Assembly (NCBI GenBank): GCA_964652095.1
Contig: CAZZAC010000002.1
Location: 1 to 60,152, forward strand
Direction: 5' to 3'
Source: an uncultured Dehalococcoidales bacterium
Lineage (GTDB): Bacteria; Chloroflexota; Dehalococcoidia; GIF9; AB-539-J10
DNA length: 60,152 nucleotides
The notes under the pieces were generated by a model that was given only the letters and a program-made list of their open reading frames with translations, had not been told where the DNA came from and made no database searches. A program made the position numbers and the translations under genes. Position 1 is the first letter of the stretch, and every line of letters starts with the position of its first letter. Shown in pieces: positions 1 to 7,857 of this stretch.

Positions 1-2
1 TT

Positions 3-461
3 ACTTACAAGGAACTGAAAGCTGAAAGCTGTCGACTGTCAGCCGAGTTAGGCGAGGAGACACTTCGCCAGGCTTTGGACTTGGCTGTAGAGCACGGTAC
101 TCTATTACGCTCGAGGTTAAATATAAATGGAATGTTCGAGGATGTTTACTCTCTGACCGTTGATAGCCATCAGCCGCCGACTATCAACATCTTTGCTCTC
201 TACGAGCAGAATATCGGCATGATACAGGCCATGATTGCTGAAGAACTTAAGGAGGCAGAGAAGCTTTATCCACCCCAGTGGATTGAAGAAGCCTTTAAGG
301 AAGCAGTTACGCTGAATAAACGCAGTTGGAGATATATCGCCCGCATCCTTGAAAGATGGGCTAGCGAAGGTAAAGACAGTGGAGAGTATAAGAGAGACAT
401 TAAAAAGGATGGCCCAGACAAATATATCAAGGGCAAATACGGACACCTCGTCAAAAGGTAA
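3..461 (+). CDS. DnaD-like (DnaB_2 domain) replication protein, 5' end cut by window edge
   Basis: The frame is open from nt 3, with no stop before the TTG at 75. The C-terminal NIFALYEQNIG...WIEEAFKEAV..NKRSWRYIARILERW resembles the DnaD/DnaB_2 domain. A DnaC-like loader gene follows directly. Confidence 0.6.
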   Translation, partial: TYKELKAESCRLSAELGEETLRQALDLAVEHGTLLRSRLNINGMFEDVYSLTVDSHQPPTINIFALYEQNIGMIQAMIAEELKEAEKLYPPQWIEEAFKEAVTLNKRSWRYIARILERWASEGKDSGEYKRDIKKDGPDKYIKGKYGHLVKR

Positions 462-1770
462 CGTTCCCCCTCCCTCGATAGAGGAAGACGCGGGTGAAAT
501 CTGCCCTATTTGCAAAGGGGCGGGCTTTGTTCATCCTGCTCTAGATTCAGGGAAAGTTGATTTCAGCCGGGTGGTACCCTGCCGATGCAGTAAAGGGGAA
601 CTGAGAAAGAAAAAAACAGAATATCTTGAGAAATACAGTAATTTGGGTTCCCTGTCGCAGCTTACCTTTGACAATTTATCTCCTAAAGGAAAGGCGGCGA
701 GTGCCATTTCCCAGGAGCGCTTTGCTCAGGTCTACCAGGCTGCCAAAGCCTTTGCTGATAATCCCCAGGGTTGGCTGGTATTTTTAGGTCCCAGTGGCTC
801 TGGTAAAACACACATGGCTTGTGCTATCGCCAATTATCGTCTCAGCTTAGGGGAGCCTGTATTTTACATCGGTACTGCTGACCTCCTTGACCACCTCCGT
901 TCCGCTTTCAGCCCCACAAGCGACATCACTTATGACGAGCTGTTTGAGCAAGTAAAGAATGTGCCTCTATTAGTACTTGATGACCTTACTCTGGGAAGCG
1001 CTACTGCCTGGGCTAAAGAGAAACTGGAGCAACTCCTTCATCATCGCTTCAATACCAGACTGGCCACAGTAATCACCACCGATGTACCGCTGGAAAGGAT
1101 GGATGAACGCTTACGTGGCCATCTTGCCGATAATGAATTCTGCCAGGTATGGACGATTGAACCAGCACCGCCCTTGGAATCCCAGGGTGGCTTAGAGTTA
1201 GAGCTATTACGAAATATGACCTTTGATAATTTTGACCACAAAAGGATGGAACTTCCCCTGGAACAGCGGCAAAATCTGCGCCAGGCTTTCAACTTAGCAG
1301 TAGAATTCGCTCGCTCACCAGAGGGTTGGCTGATATTTCAAGGCGTTAATGGCTGTGGTAAGACTCATCTGGCAGCAGCTATCGCTAATTATCGGCTGGC
1401 ACAAGGAAAACCAGTCTTCTTTGTGGTTGTTCCCGACCTTCTTGACCATTTACGTTCTACATTCAGTCCGGATAGCAAAATATCCTATGACGAGTTTTCT
1501 GAGAGGATCAAAGAGGTTCCACTGCTGATACTCGATGACTTCGGGGAACAATCGGCCACGCCCTGGGCTCAGGAGAAGCTATATCAATTGATAAACTACC
1601 GTTATAATGCCAGGTTGCCAATGGTGGTCACTACATGTCTCTCTTTAGATGAGATTGAAACACGAATCAGTTCACGAATGGTGGACCCAATGATAAGCCT
1701 AGTATTCAACATCACCGCTCCCGATTACCGGGGCAATGTAAAGTCTACACGGCAAGCTAAACGCTACTGA
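409..1770 (+). CDS. Zn-ribbon plus two tandem DnaC/IstB-like AAA+ modules (helicase-loader-like ATPase)
   Basis: CPICKG...VPCRC forms a Zn ribbon. Two paralogous modules follow. Module 1 has WLVFLGPSGSGKTH (Walker A) and PLLVLDD (Walker B). Module 2 has WLIFQGVNGCGKTH and PLLILDD. Both share ANYRL..G.PVF...DLLDHLRS.FSP. The longest ORF starts at 349. ATG 409 is preferred because it overlaps the upstream gene less, but the start remains uncertain. Confidence 0.7.
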   Translation: MAQTNISRANTDTSSKGNVPPPSIEEDAGEICPICKGAGFVHPALDSGKVDFSRVVPCRCSKGELRKKKTEYLEKYSNLGSLSQLTFDNLSPKGKAASAISQERFAQVYQAAKAFADNPQGWLVFLGPSGSGKTHMACAIANYRLSLGEPVFYIGTADLLDHLRSAFSPTSDITYDELFEQVKNVPLLVLDDLTLGSATAWAKEKLEQLLHHRFNTRLATVITTDVPLERMDERLRGHLADNEFCQVWTIEPAPPLESQGGLELELLRNMTFDNFDHKRMELPLEQRQNLRQAFNLAVEFARSPEGWLIFQGVNGCGKTHLAAAIANYRLAQGKPVFFVVVPDLLDHLRSTFSPDSKISYDEFSERIKEVPLLILDDFGEQSATPWAQEKLYQLINYRYNARLPMVVTTCLSLDEIETRISSRMVDPMISLVFNITAPDYRGNVKSTRQAKRY

Positions 1771-1930
1771 TTTAAGCATTTCATAATTACCCTCTGCTCC
1801 TGACTCGGCGGAGGACAAAGTATCCCCACTTAACCCCACCGTAATCGTCATCGACATCCAAATCAGCATTAGTTCCGCTGGCTTTCCCCGCCCCCTCAAT
1901 CAGCTTCCATCCTAGAGAAGAAGTAGGAAC

Positions 1931-2008
1931 CTATTCAAATGAGATATGGTCTACCGCAACAAGATGACCAAACATCTTGGTTAGATTGTCAGCTATTATT
2001 GCCTTCAT
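1931..2008 (-). pseudogene. Remnant of an ABC-transporter ATPase N-terminus
   Basis: Minus-strand translation gives MKAIIADNLTKMFGHLVAVDHISFE then a stop, a typical ABC ATPase N-terminus. GAGK/GRGK Walker-A-like fragments appear downstream in other frames (about 1780-1930). No intact ORF is present. Confidence 0.4.
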
Positions 2009-2017
2009 TCGTCGTGT

Positions 2018-2590
2018 CTATTTCCCACGAACAAGCTCTTGACCAAGGCGAAATGCGTCCTCGAGAGCCGCAGGATGCTCTTCAATCTGGCCTTTGGTAT
2101 CAATTCCCCTGACTAATAAATCACCAGAATATTTCACGCCTATAGCATCAAAGAAATACTTCACCGTGAGCACTGCGCCATCAAAGAGCTTTTTGCCCTG
2201 AGTGGCGCCAACTGAAATGAACACCCCTCTGCGCACCCGATTGTCCTCCTTGCCCATGCCCAGCACATGTCTTCTTACCCAAAGCGCCTGGCATCTGTCT
2301 ATTATTGCTTTCGCCTGGCTGGTGATACCATAGAAGAACATCGGTGAAGCAAAAACAATGTGGTCTGCTTCCAGAAGCTTTTTATAGAGCAATTGCATAT
2401 CATCCTTAATGGCACAGTTGCCATCCTTGCGACAGGCGTATATTTCCAGGCATGGTGAGATTTTGAGCTTTGAGACCAGCATCTTTTCGACCTCGGCTCC
2501 GGCCTCCCTGGCACCTTCCAGCGCCCTATCAAGAAGGATTTCGGTATTGCTTTGCCTCCTCGGGCTGCCCATAATGCCTAATACTTTCAT
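2018..2590 (-). CDS. Flavodoxin-like FMN reductase / iron-sulfur flavoprotein family
   Basis: MKVLGIMGSPRRQSNTE... and the Cys-rich CLEIYACRKDGNC fit the NADPH-dependent FMN reductase / Isf family. Start ATG 2590 is preceded by GAAGGAAAG. Confidence 0.65.
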   Translation of the reverse strand: MKVLGIMGSPRRQSNTEILLDRALEGAREAGAEVEKMLVSKLKISPCLEIYACRKDGNCAIKDDMQLLYKKLLEADHIVFASPMFFYGITSQAKAIIDRCQALWVRRHVLGMGKEDNRVRRGVFISVGATQGKKLFDGAVLTVKYFFDAIGVKYSGDLLVRGIDTKGQIEEHPAALEDAFRLGQELVRGK

Positions 2591-2694
2591 ATCGCTTTCC
2601 TTCTCATAATTATAGCGCCCCGAATAAAATTGGGCATAAGCCCTTCGGGCTGAGACCCAGGACAGAACCCTGAGCAAGAATTGAATCCTGTTCT

Positions 2695-3774
2695 TTATAC
2701 ACCATACTTGTCTTTCAGTATCTGCGAGAGCTCAGGCAGGAAGGCAAATGCCTTCTCAACAAGCCCTTCCTCAATGCTTGAGACCTGACATTCGCTTACT
2801 GTCTTACCGACTGTGTTGACCTGGCCTAAATCGCTAAGGCAGCATCTGGCTGGAGCCACCAATGCCTGCTTTGCAATTTGATTCAAGGACAAACCTGTAT
2901 TTTCCGAGATTACCTCCCAATAGCTTGAGAGAATCGCAGCCAGTGTTTCTGGTGTCTGAGTCGCCAGAGCTGTGGATTCAGTGGGGATAATGCCCCACGA
3001 GATAATCCCGCCACTCTGAATGAATTCAGCCACATTGCCAGCATATTCCCTGGGCATAAACCCAATTTGATAGGCGTCGAAGGACAGAATTTCTACCCCC
3101 AACTCTAACAGATAGGGCAAATTCACCTCAGCACAGAGGTGCAGCCCCTTGGGGCCTTCCAGTCCCTCAACGAACTTATGATAGTCTTCTCTAGCATGTT
3201 GCTCGTTGTACCCGGAAAAACCGCTGAACACGTAGCCCAGCCCCGGTTCATCCACCCAGACAACGGCGTTAGGATTCTTCTTCCTGAGTTCCTGATACTG
3301 GATATTGACCTTTCTCTGAATGAAATCAAACAAAATAGTCCGCGCCTCTTCGTTATAGATGAGCGGCTTCAGGTCTTCATCCAATACTTTCAAGCCAAAA
3401 CTCACCGGGCCTATGACCTGTCCCCTGATAGTTTTATAACCTCGAAGTTCCCTGGAGAGAAACTTGTGAAATACCCTGGAATACTCGGCGGTGAGAGCAA
3501 AAGCTTCCGGGACATCCATTTTCACGAAATACTCGTCGAGTTCTTGTTCAAATCGTGCAGTGTCAAAACTAAGCCTCTCTTTGTCAAAGTCAATAGCTAT
3601 GCCCGGGAAATTTTGTGATGCTTGAACATACATATCTTCATACAAGCTCACTTTGGGAAGTTGGGGCCAGAATGGGATATCCAGACTCAAAGCAAGCTCC
3701 AGCGCCTGCTCAACATCCCTATGAGGCATTATCCCCATAGCGGTAGTGCTGCATCTCGCCTCAAATGCTATCAT
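2695..3774 (-). CDS. MetE/URO-D-like (cobalamin-independent methionine synthase fold) family protein
   Basis: The N-terminal TTAMGIMPH and the overall pattern resemble short MetE-like proteins. ATG 3774 has GAGGAGAG about 12 nt upstream, and the longer ORF to 3885 has no RBS. The family call is tentative. Confidence 0.45.
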   Translation of the reverse strand: MIAFEARCSTTAMGIMPHRDVEQALELALSLDIPFWPQLPKVSLYEDMYVQASQNFPGIAIDFDKERLSFDTARFEQELDEYFVKMDVPEAFALTAEYSRVFHKFLSRELRGYKTIRGQVIGPVSFGLKVLDEDLKPLIYNEEARTILFDFIQRKVNIQYQELRKKNPNAVVWVDEPGLGYVFSGFSGYNEQHAREDYHKFVEGLEGPKGLHLCAEVNLPYLLELGVEILSFDAYQIGFMPREYAGNVAEFIQSGGIISWGIIPTESTALATQTPETLAAILSSYWEVISENTGLSLNQIAKQALVAPARCCLSDLGQVNTVGKTVSECQVSSIEEGLVEKAFAFLPELSQILKDKYGV

Positions 3775-3902
3775 GAATTCCTGGTCTCTCCTCTCAAAAA
3801 TATCCCCTAAATCATAGCACGAAGGCGGGAAAAATCTTGAATATCCTTTAAGGAATCCCATGACACCGATGAGGGTTGGTTCCAATCCCGCTTCGAGGAC
3901 TA

Positions 3903-3987
3903 GTTACCGCATCAGCCGGAAATAGCGATTGAGGCCGAAACCTCCGCAAAAATTATTTCCTGAAACCAATCGCTATTTTAGGGTAAC
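3903..3987. other. Long imperfect hairpin with a 12-bp perfect inverted repeat plus outer GTTACC/GGTAAC
   Basis: AAATAGCGATTG (3920-3931) pairs with CAATCGCTATTT (3967-3978). An inner GAGG/CCTC stem and outer GTTACC (3903-3908) / GGTAAC (3982-3987) extend the structure. It is intergenic, between the DivIVA-like gene end and the MetE-like gene start. Confidence 0.5.
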
Positions 3988-4123
3988 AATTGGAACGATG
4001 CACCTCTTTATATGCTCAGCCATCAATCATGGCATAAACCTGGGTGCATCTAGTACTGACAATAACCTCTCATCCAGTGATAGCTCCAAAGATTACTACT
4101 TATCGTCGCAGAGACGCGTGTTT

Positions 4124-5335
4124 TTATTTTCCTTGCGACATTGTATTCCCTGAGAGGCTTATGCGAATTTTCCTTGGTTCGCCGTTGGTAGCAGCTTCGT
4201 CGGTTGTGACTTCTTCAATATGAGCCACTGCGGGGATTGTTTGCAGCACATCAACAAGGTTCATGGACTCACGCAGGAAAACCAGAATTGAAGGAGTATC
4301 AATCTGAGGTACAATCATCTCAGTATTTGCAACTTCGGGTAATTGGTCAAGGAAGGACACGACTTCCATGATTTTGGCTATATCAAACGGAGGTAAGATT
4401 TCCACTTCCCATTGCGGCTTGCCCAACTCTGGCTGGTCTTCAATCTCAAGTAATTTCGAGAGTTCGGAACTCTTTTCAATGTAGTCAGCAGCCTGGCTTG
4501 GCTCCGGGTGTTCGACAGGTGCCTTGCTCTCTTCCGTGACTATGGTGTCTCTTCCCTCTGTGATTTCCGCGGCTGAGGCGTCTTTCCCTTCCGCAACTGT
4601 GGTGTCTCTTCCCTCTGTGATTTCCGCGGCTGAGGCGTCTTTCCCTTCCGCAACTGTGGTGTCTCTTCCCTCTGTGATTTCCGCGGCTGAGGCGTCTTTC
4701 CCTTCCATGACTATGGTGTCTCTCTCTTCCGCGATTTTTGCAGCTATGGCGTCGCTCTCTTTCACGATTTCCATGGCTGCGGCGCTGTTCTCCTCCCTGG
4801 GTTTAGCCAACTTATTGTCAAAATCTGCCTGTACCGCTGCTGCCTGCTTCTTAAGGCTCTCCAGTTCTTCCAGCATATAGCCGAATTGTTGATTTACAAG
4901 GTTGCGTATTTCCCCCCTGATTTTATTTTTCTGGTTCTCTAGCAGCAGTGTTGCTTCCTCTTCAGCTTTGGCCTTGATTGCATTAGCCTTTTCATTAGCA
5001 ATCTCCACAGCTTCAGCTATTTTCTTTTCCGACATCTGGCGAGCTTGCTCTTTGGCTTTATCTATAATGGCAGCACTCTCAGCTTTAGCTTGTTCTGCGG
5101 CTTCTGTTTTGATCTGCGCGGCCAGCTTGTCGGCTTCGACAATGTTCCTCTCCGCAAGTCTGTTAAGAGACTCGATATGATCCTGGGACTTGGCCAGTTT
5201 ATCCCGCTCCTTGATAAGCTCGTCAATGAAAGACGCTACCTGAGCCTCATCTAGCCCGTTTTTTACTCGCTTGAACTCACGCTCTCCCAGCACAATGACA
5301 TCATCTTTAGCAGTATTACCCATAATATTCACCAT
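4124..5335 (-). CDS. DivIVA-domain coiled-coil protein with 19-aa tandem repeats
   Basis: The N-terminal FKRVKNGLDEAQVASFIDEL fits the DivIVA motif. A long Ala/Glu/Lys coiled coil follows, then three copies of VAEGKDASAAEITEGRDTT. RBS GAAAGG lies upstream of ATG 5335. Confidence 0.6.
   Translation of the reverse strand: MVNIMGNTAKDDVIVLGEREFKRVKNGLDEAQVASFIDELIKERDKLAKSQDHIESLNRLAERNIVEADKLAAQIKTEAAEQAKAESAAIIDKAKEQARQMSEKKIAEAVEIANEKANAIKAKAEEEATLLLENQKNKIRGEIRNLVNQQFGYMLEELESLKKQAAAVQADFDNKLAKPREENSAAAMEIVKESDAIAAKIAEERDTIVMEGKDASAAEITEGRDTTVAEGKDASAAEITEGRDTTVAEGKDASAAEITEGRDTIVTEESKAPVEHPEPSQAADYIEKSSELSKLLEIEDQPELGKPQWEVEILPPFDIAKIMEVVSFLDQLPEVANTEMIVPQIDTPSILVFLRESMNLVDVLQTIPAVAHIEEVTTDEAATNGEPRKIRISLSGNTMSQGK
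4543..4713. repeat. 57-bp tandem repeat, about 3 copies plus a degenerate fourth, inside the DivIVA-like CDS
   Basis: The unit tggtgtctcttccctctgtgatttccgcggctgaggcgtctttcccttccgcaactg repeats head to tail at 4543, 4600 and 4657. The 57-nt period keeps the reading frame. Confidence 0.9.
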
Positions 5336-5426
5336 ACTCTACCTTTCTCACAGGACTCGATAACGCGGCAGGTGTACCCATGTAACGCGCCAGTCCCGTT
5401 TCATTTCACGAGGTTCCGCCATATTT

Positions 5427-5897
5427 CTATTTCTTGATTTCACCCTGAAAGGCCTTCCAGATTCTCTCTGCATTTCTTTTAGTTTCTTCCCAGGCTTGCT
5501 CGATGGTCTCCTGGCGTACTTTCAATGCTTCATCCACACTGTCCTGGTGAATCTGCTTGGCTTTCATTTTCGCTTTCATATACGCTTCCTCAGCTTCCTG
5601 TTCGGCCTTTTCCAGGGCTCGCGCGGCTTTTTCTATAGCTTCGGCACAAAGTTTAGCGGCGTGCTCTTCAGTTTCTTTATAAGACATCTCCCCTTGGCGT
5701 TGGCGTTCCTGATATGCTGCCGCTACCTTTCTCTGAGCTTGCTGATAGGACTCATATGCGGCTTGGGCCTGGCTCATTAACTCAGCAATAGGATCCCCAC
5801 CCTCCTCGAGTACCTCGGAGGGAAGCTCGACCATTTGTTTCACATCTTTGCTTACCTCCTTCTTGACTTGTGGATTCTTAGTCATTGTAGTTGCCAC
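5427..5897 (-). CDS. Hypothetical coiled-coil protein
   Basis: 156-aa ORF rich in A/E/K/Q heptad-like sequence. It lies in an operon position between the MerR-like and DivIVA-like genes. Confidence 0.5.
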   Translation of the reverse strand: MATTMTKNPQVKKEVSKDVKQMVELPSEVLEEGGDPIAELMSQAQAAYESYQQAQRKVAAAYQERQRQGEMSYKETEEHAAKLCAEAIEKAARALEKAEQEAEEAYMKAKMKAKQIHQDSVDEALKVRQETIEQAWEETKRNAERIWKAFQGEIKK

Positions 5898-5940
5898 GAT
5901 ACACCTCCTGGAATTTGTTCCTCAAAATCGATGGTATTCT

Positions 5941-6171
5941 TCACATTTTGGCCACATGGTTCTTCTGAATTCTTTTAGTCTCCGCCTCAAGGCTGTGTAG
6001 TTCATCCTCCGCGAACAGCCTCCACCCCTTCCTGTCTCTATATTCGGCATCCTTTACGATGTCTTGCCTGATCCAGCGGAACAGAGTGCTCTTACCTATG
6101 CCAACTATCTGGCAAACTTCAGCAGTCCTATAATAAATTCGACCATCTATTTTTACAGGCATATGCAACAC
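5941..6171 (-). CDS. Small MerR/excisionase-type HTH DNA-binding protein
   Basis: YYRTAEVCQIVGIGKSTLFRWIRQ is a MerR_1-type helix-turn-helix. At 76 aa there is no effector domain. Confidence 0.6.
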   Translation of the reverse strand: MLHMPVKIDGRIYYRTAEVCQIVGIGKSTLFRWIRQDIVKDAEYRDRKGWRLFAEDELHSLEAETKRIQKNHVAKM

Positions 6172-6402
6172 CCCCTAAGACTAACTGAATATAGTCTAAG
6201 ACCCGTTCGCTTTCCCGTCAATCACCCATTAGTAACCTTACTTTCGTAAGGGACCAAGATTGTCTTGCACTCTACTAGCTTTCGCAGAGGCGACCAACGA
6301 AGGAAGCGACGAAGCTCAGGTGGTGGATTCAGGTTATCCCTGAAAGATGAGAGTCAAATGCAAGCATATTATATGAAGTGCCGTGCCAAGAGGGAACTGA
6401 GA

Positions 6403-6438
6403 AGGGCTGGATTTTCCCGGTGTCGGGATATCCAGCCC
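6403..6438. terminator. 10-bp stem hairpin downstream of serpin 1
   Basis: AGGGCTGGAT...ATCCAGCCCT with a 16-nt loop. The T-rich run (tgtatttta) is on the + strand only, so the orientation and role are unclear. Confidence 0.3.
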
Positions 6439-6491
6439 TTGTATTTTACAAATCACTTAACAGGCTTTTGTGCAATACAGGCGGCATTTAC

Positions 6492-7766
6492 TTACGCACC
6501 GGGATTCATAACGTGCCCGACAAAAAGAATGGCACCCGTTTCAATGTCGCGAATCAGGAAGATGAAGGGGTGGTCTATGGTGACTTCCACTGGCTGGCCT
6601 GGTATTGCGGTTTCTCCCACGATCACCGCCGTGGCCGCTGCCGCCTCTGTGCCTGCCTCATCTACCGAGACAAAAGCCTTGTGCAGCACTTCACTTATGC
6701 ATAGGTCCGGTGTACCCGTCATCCCGGAGAAATCCGCGCTGCCGGAAAAGGCAATCGGCATGCCCATCTCGGCGAGGGTATCCTTCAGGCTGAATTCTGA
6801 GTCAAATTCAAACCGGGGCATTGTCAGGGTGACCTGAGCGGGTTGCAGGCTGCTTATGATGTCACAGACCTGCTGGGCCTGGAGGCCTTCTTCAGAAGCC
6901 TGAAACTGGCCAGCTTCAGGTAAAAGGATGACCATGGAAAGTTCATTGCCATCGTATTGCAGCTCAACTGCCTGGTATCCTTCCCCCTCGGTGTAGCCGA
7001 AGGCCTCCGTCTGCTTCATCATCGGCACGCTGACCTGCCCGCCGTCAAGAAGGTAGAACGGGCCGTCTGCTGTCATGTCCTCATCGAAAGGGTACTCCCA
7101 GGCAGCATTGAAGTAGATAGCATTAGTCAGCACAAGGCGGGTCAGCGAAGTAATCACACCCTCCGGGATAAGGTCCTTAATGCGTTCTTCAGTCTGGTCA
7201 CTGACCCAATCGTTGATGGTAAGGCGGGACTTTTCCGTCTCATTCATGAAGTCCAGTATTCTCAGTCCGGCCCCGTAGTTCTCGGCCAGGACATCGAGGA
7301 AGGTGGGAAGGAAGCCGTAATCCTTTTGCCCCCAGATGGCGTTAACGATGTTCAGCCTGAACCCTTCGTCATCCTTGCCCTGGGCGCCTTCACCCCTGCT
7401 GGCAAGTTCTACATCGAGCCAGTTGAATGCCGGGTGCAGCCTCTCCTGTTCAAGAAGGAATTGAAGGGTAGCGGCCATCTGCTGAGCAGTTTCGCCGCGC
7501 GCTCCGGCGTATGTCATAGCCAGCGCCACTGAGATGCTGTGAGGAGAATAGAATAGATTACCTTCCTCCCCTTTAAGCGCCTGATAAAGCTCAAAGGCAA
7601 AGGCGCTGTTTCCTTCAACCAGTAATGCTTGCTCACTCGGATTGACATCCGGTGAAGTTATCCGCTCCTTATCTGATATGAGCAACTCGCCTCCTGCTGC
7701 CTGGTCACAGGCTATCAACGGCAGTACCAATAATACGATTAATGCTGATATCAATGCCTTCTTCAT
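6492..7766 (-). CDS. Serpin (serine protease inhibitor), lipoprotein-type signal, paralogue 1
   Basis: Serpin hinge/RCL EAGTEAAAATAV and C-terminal DHPFIFLIRD. The N-terminal signal carries the lipobox-like LPLIAC. ATG 7766 sits 9 nt after GGAGG. The GTG at 7775 lies within the RBS. Confidence 0.85.
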   Translation of the reverse strand: MKKALISALIVLLVLPLIACDQAAGGELLISDKERITSPDVNPSEQALLVEGNSAFAFELYQALKGEEGNLFYSPHSISVALAMTYAGARGETAQQMAATLQFLLEQERLHPAFNWLDVELASRGEGAQGKDDEGFRLNIVNAIWGQKDYGFLPTFLDVLAENYGAGLRILDFMNETEKSRLTINDWVSDQTEERIKDLIPEGVITSLTRLVLTNAIYFNAAWEYPFDEDMTADGPFYLLDGGQVSVPMMKQTEAFGYTEGEGYQAVELQYDGNELSMVILLPEAGQFQASEEGLQAQQVCDIISSLQPAQVTLTMPRFEFDSEFSLKDTLAEMGMPIAFSGSADFSGMTGTPDLCISEVLHKAFVSVDEAGTEAAAATAVIVGETAIPGQPVEVTIDHPFIFLIRDIETGAILFVGHVMNPGA

Positions 7767-7857
7767 CTCATGCACCTCCTATAAATATTCAGATTCGGAA
7801 CCATTTCACCTCCAGATTTAACAATCCAAACTTCCGTGTAATACACGTGGCATTTAC

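Noticed and set aside
1-1770. The DnaD/DnaC pair as evidence of a prophage or plasmid module.
   Set aside because: No integrase, capsid, partition or other mobile-element genes are visible, and the upstream context lies outside the window. The question cannot be decided from this sequence.
4524-4880. A + strand ORF with a repeated SLPSVISAAEASFPSATVV motif.
   Set aside because: It is the antisense reading of the 57-bp tandem repeat inside the DivIVA-like CDS, not an independent gene.
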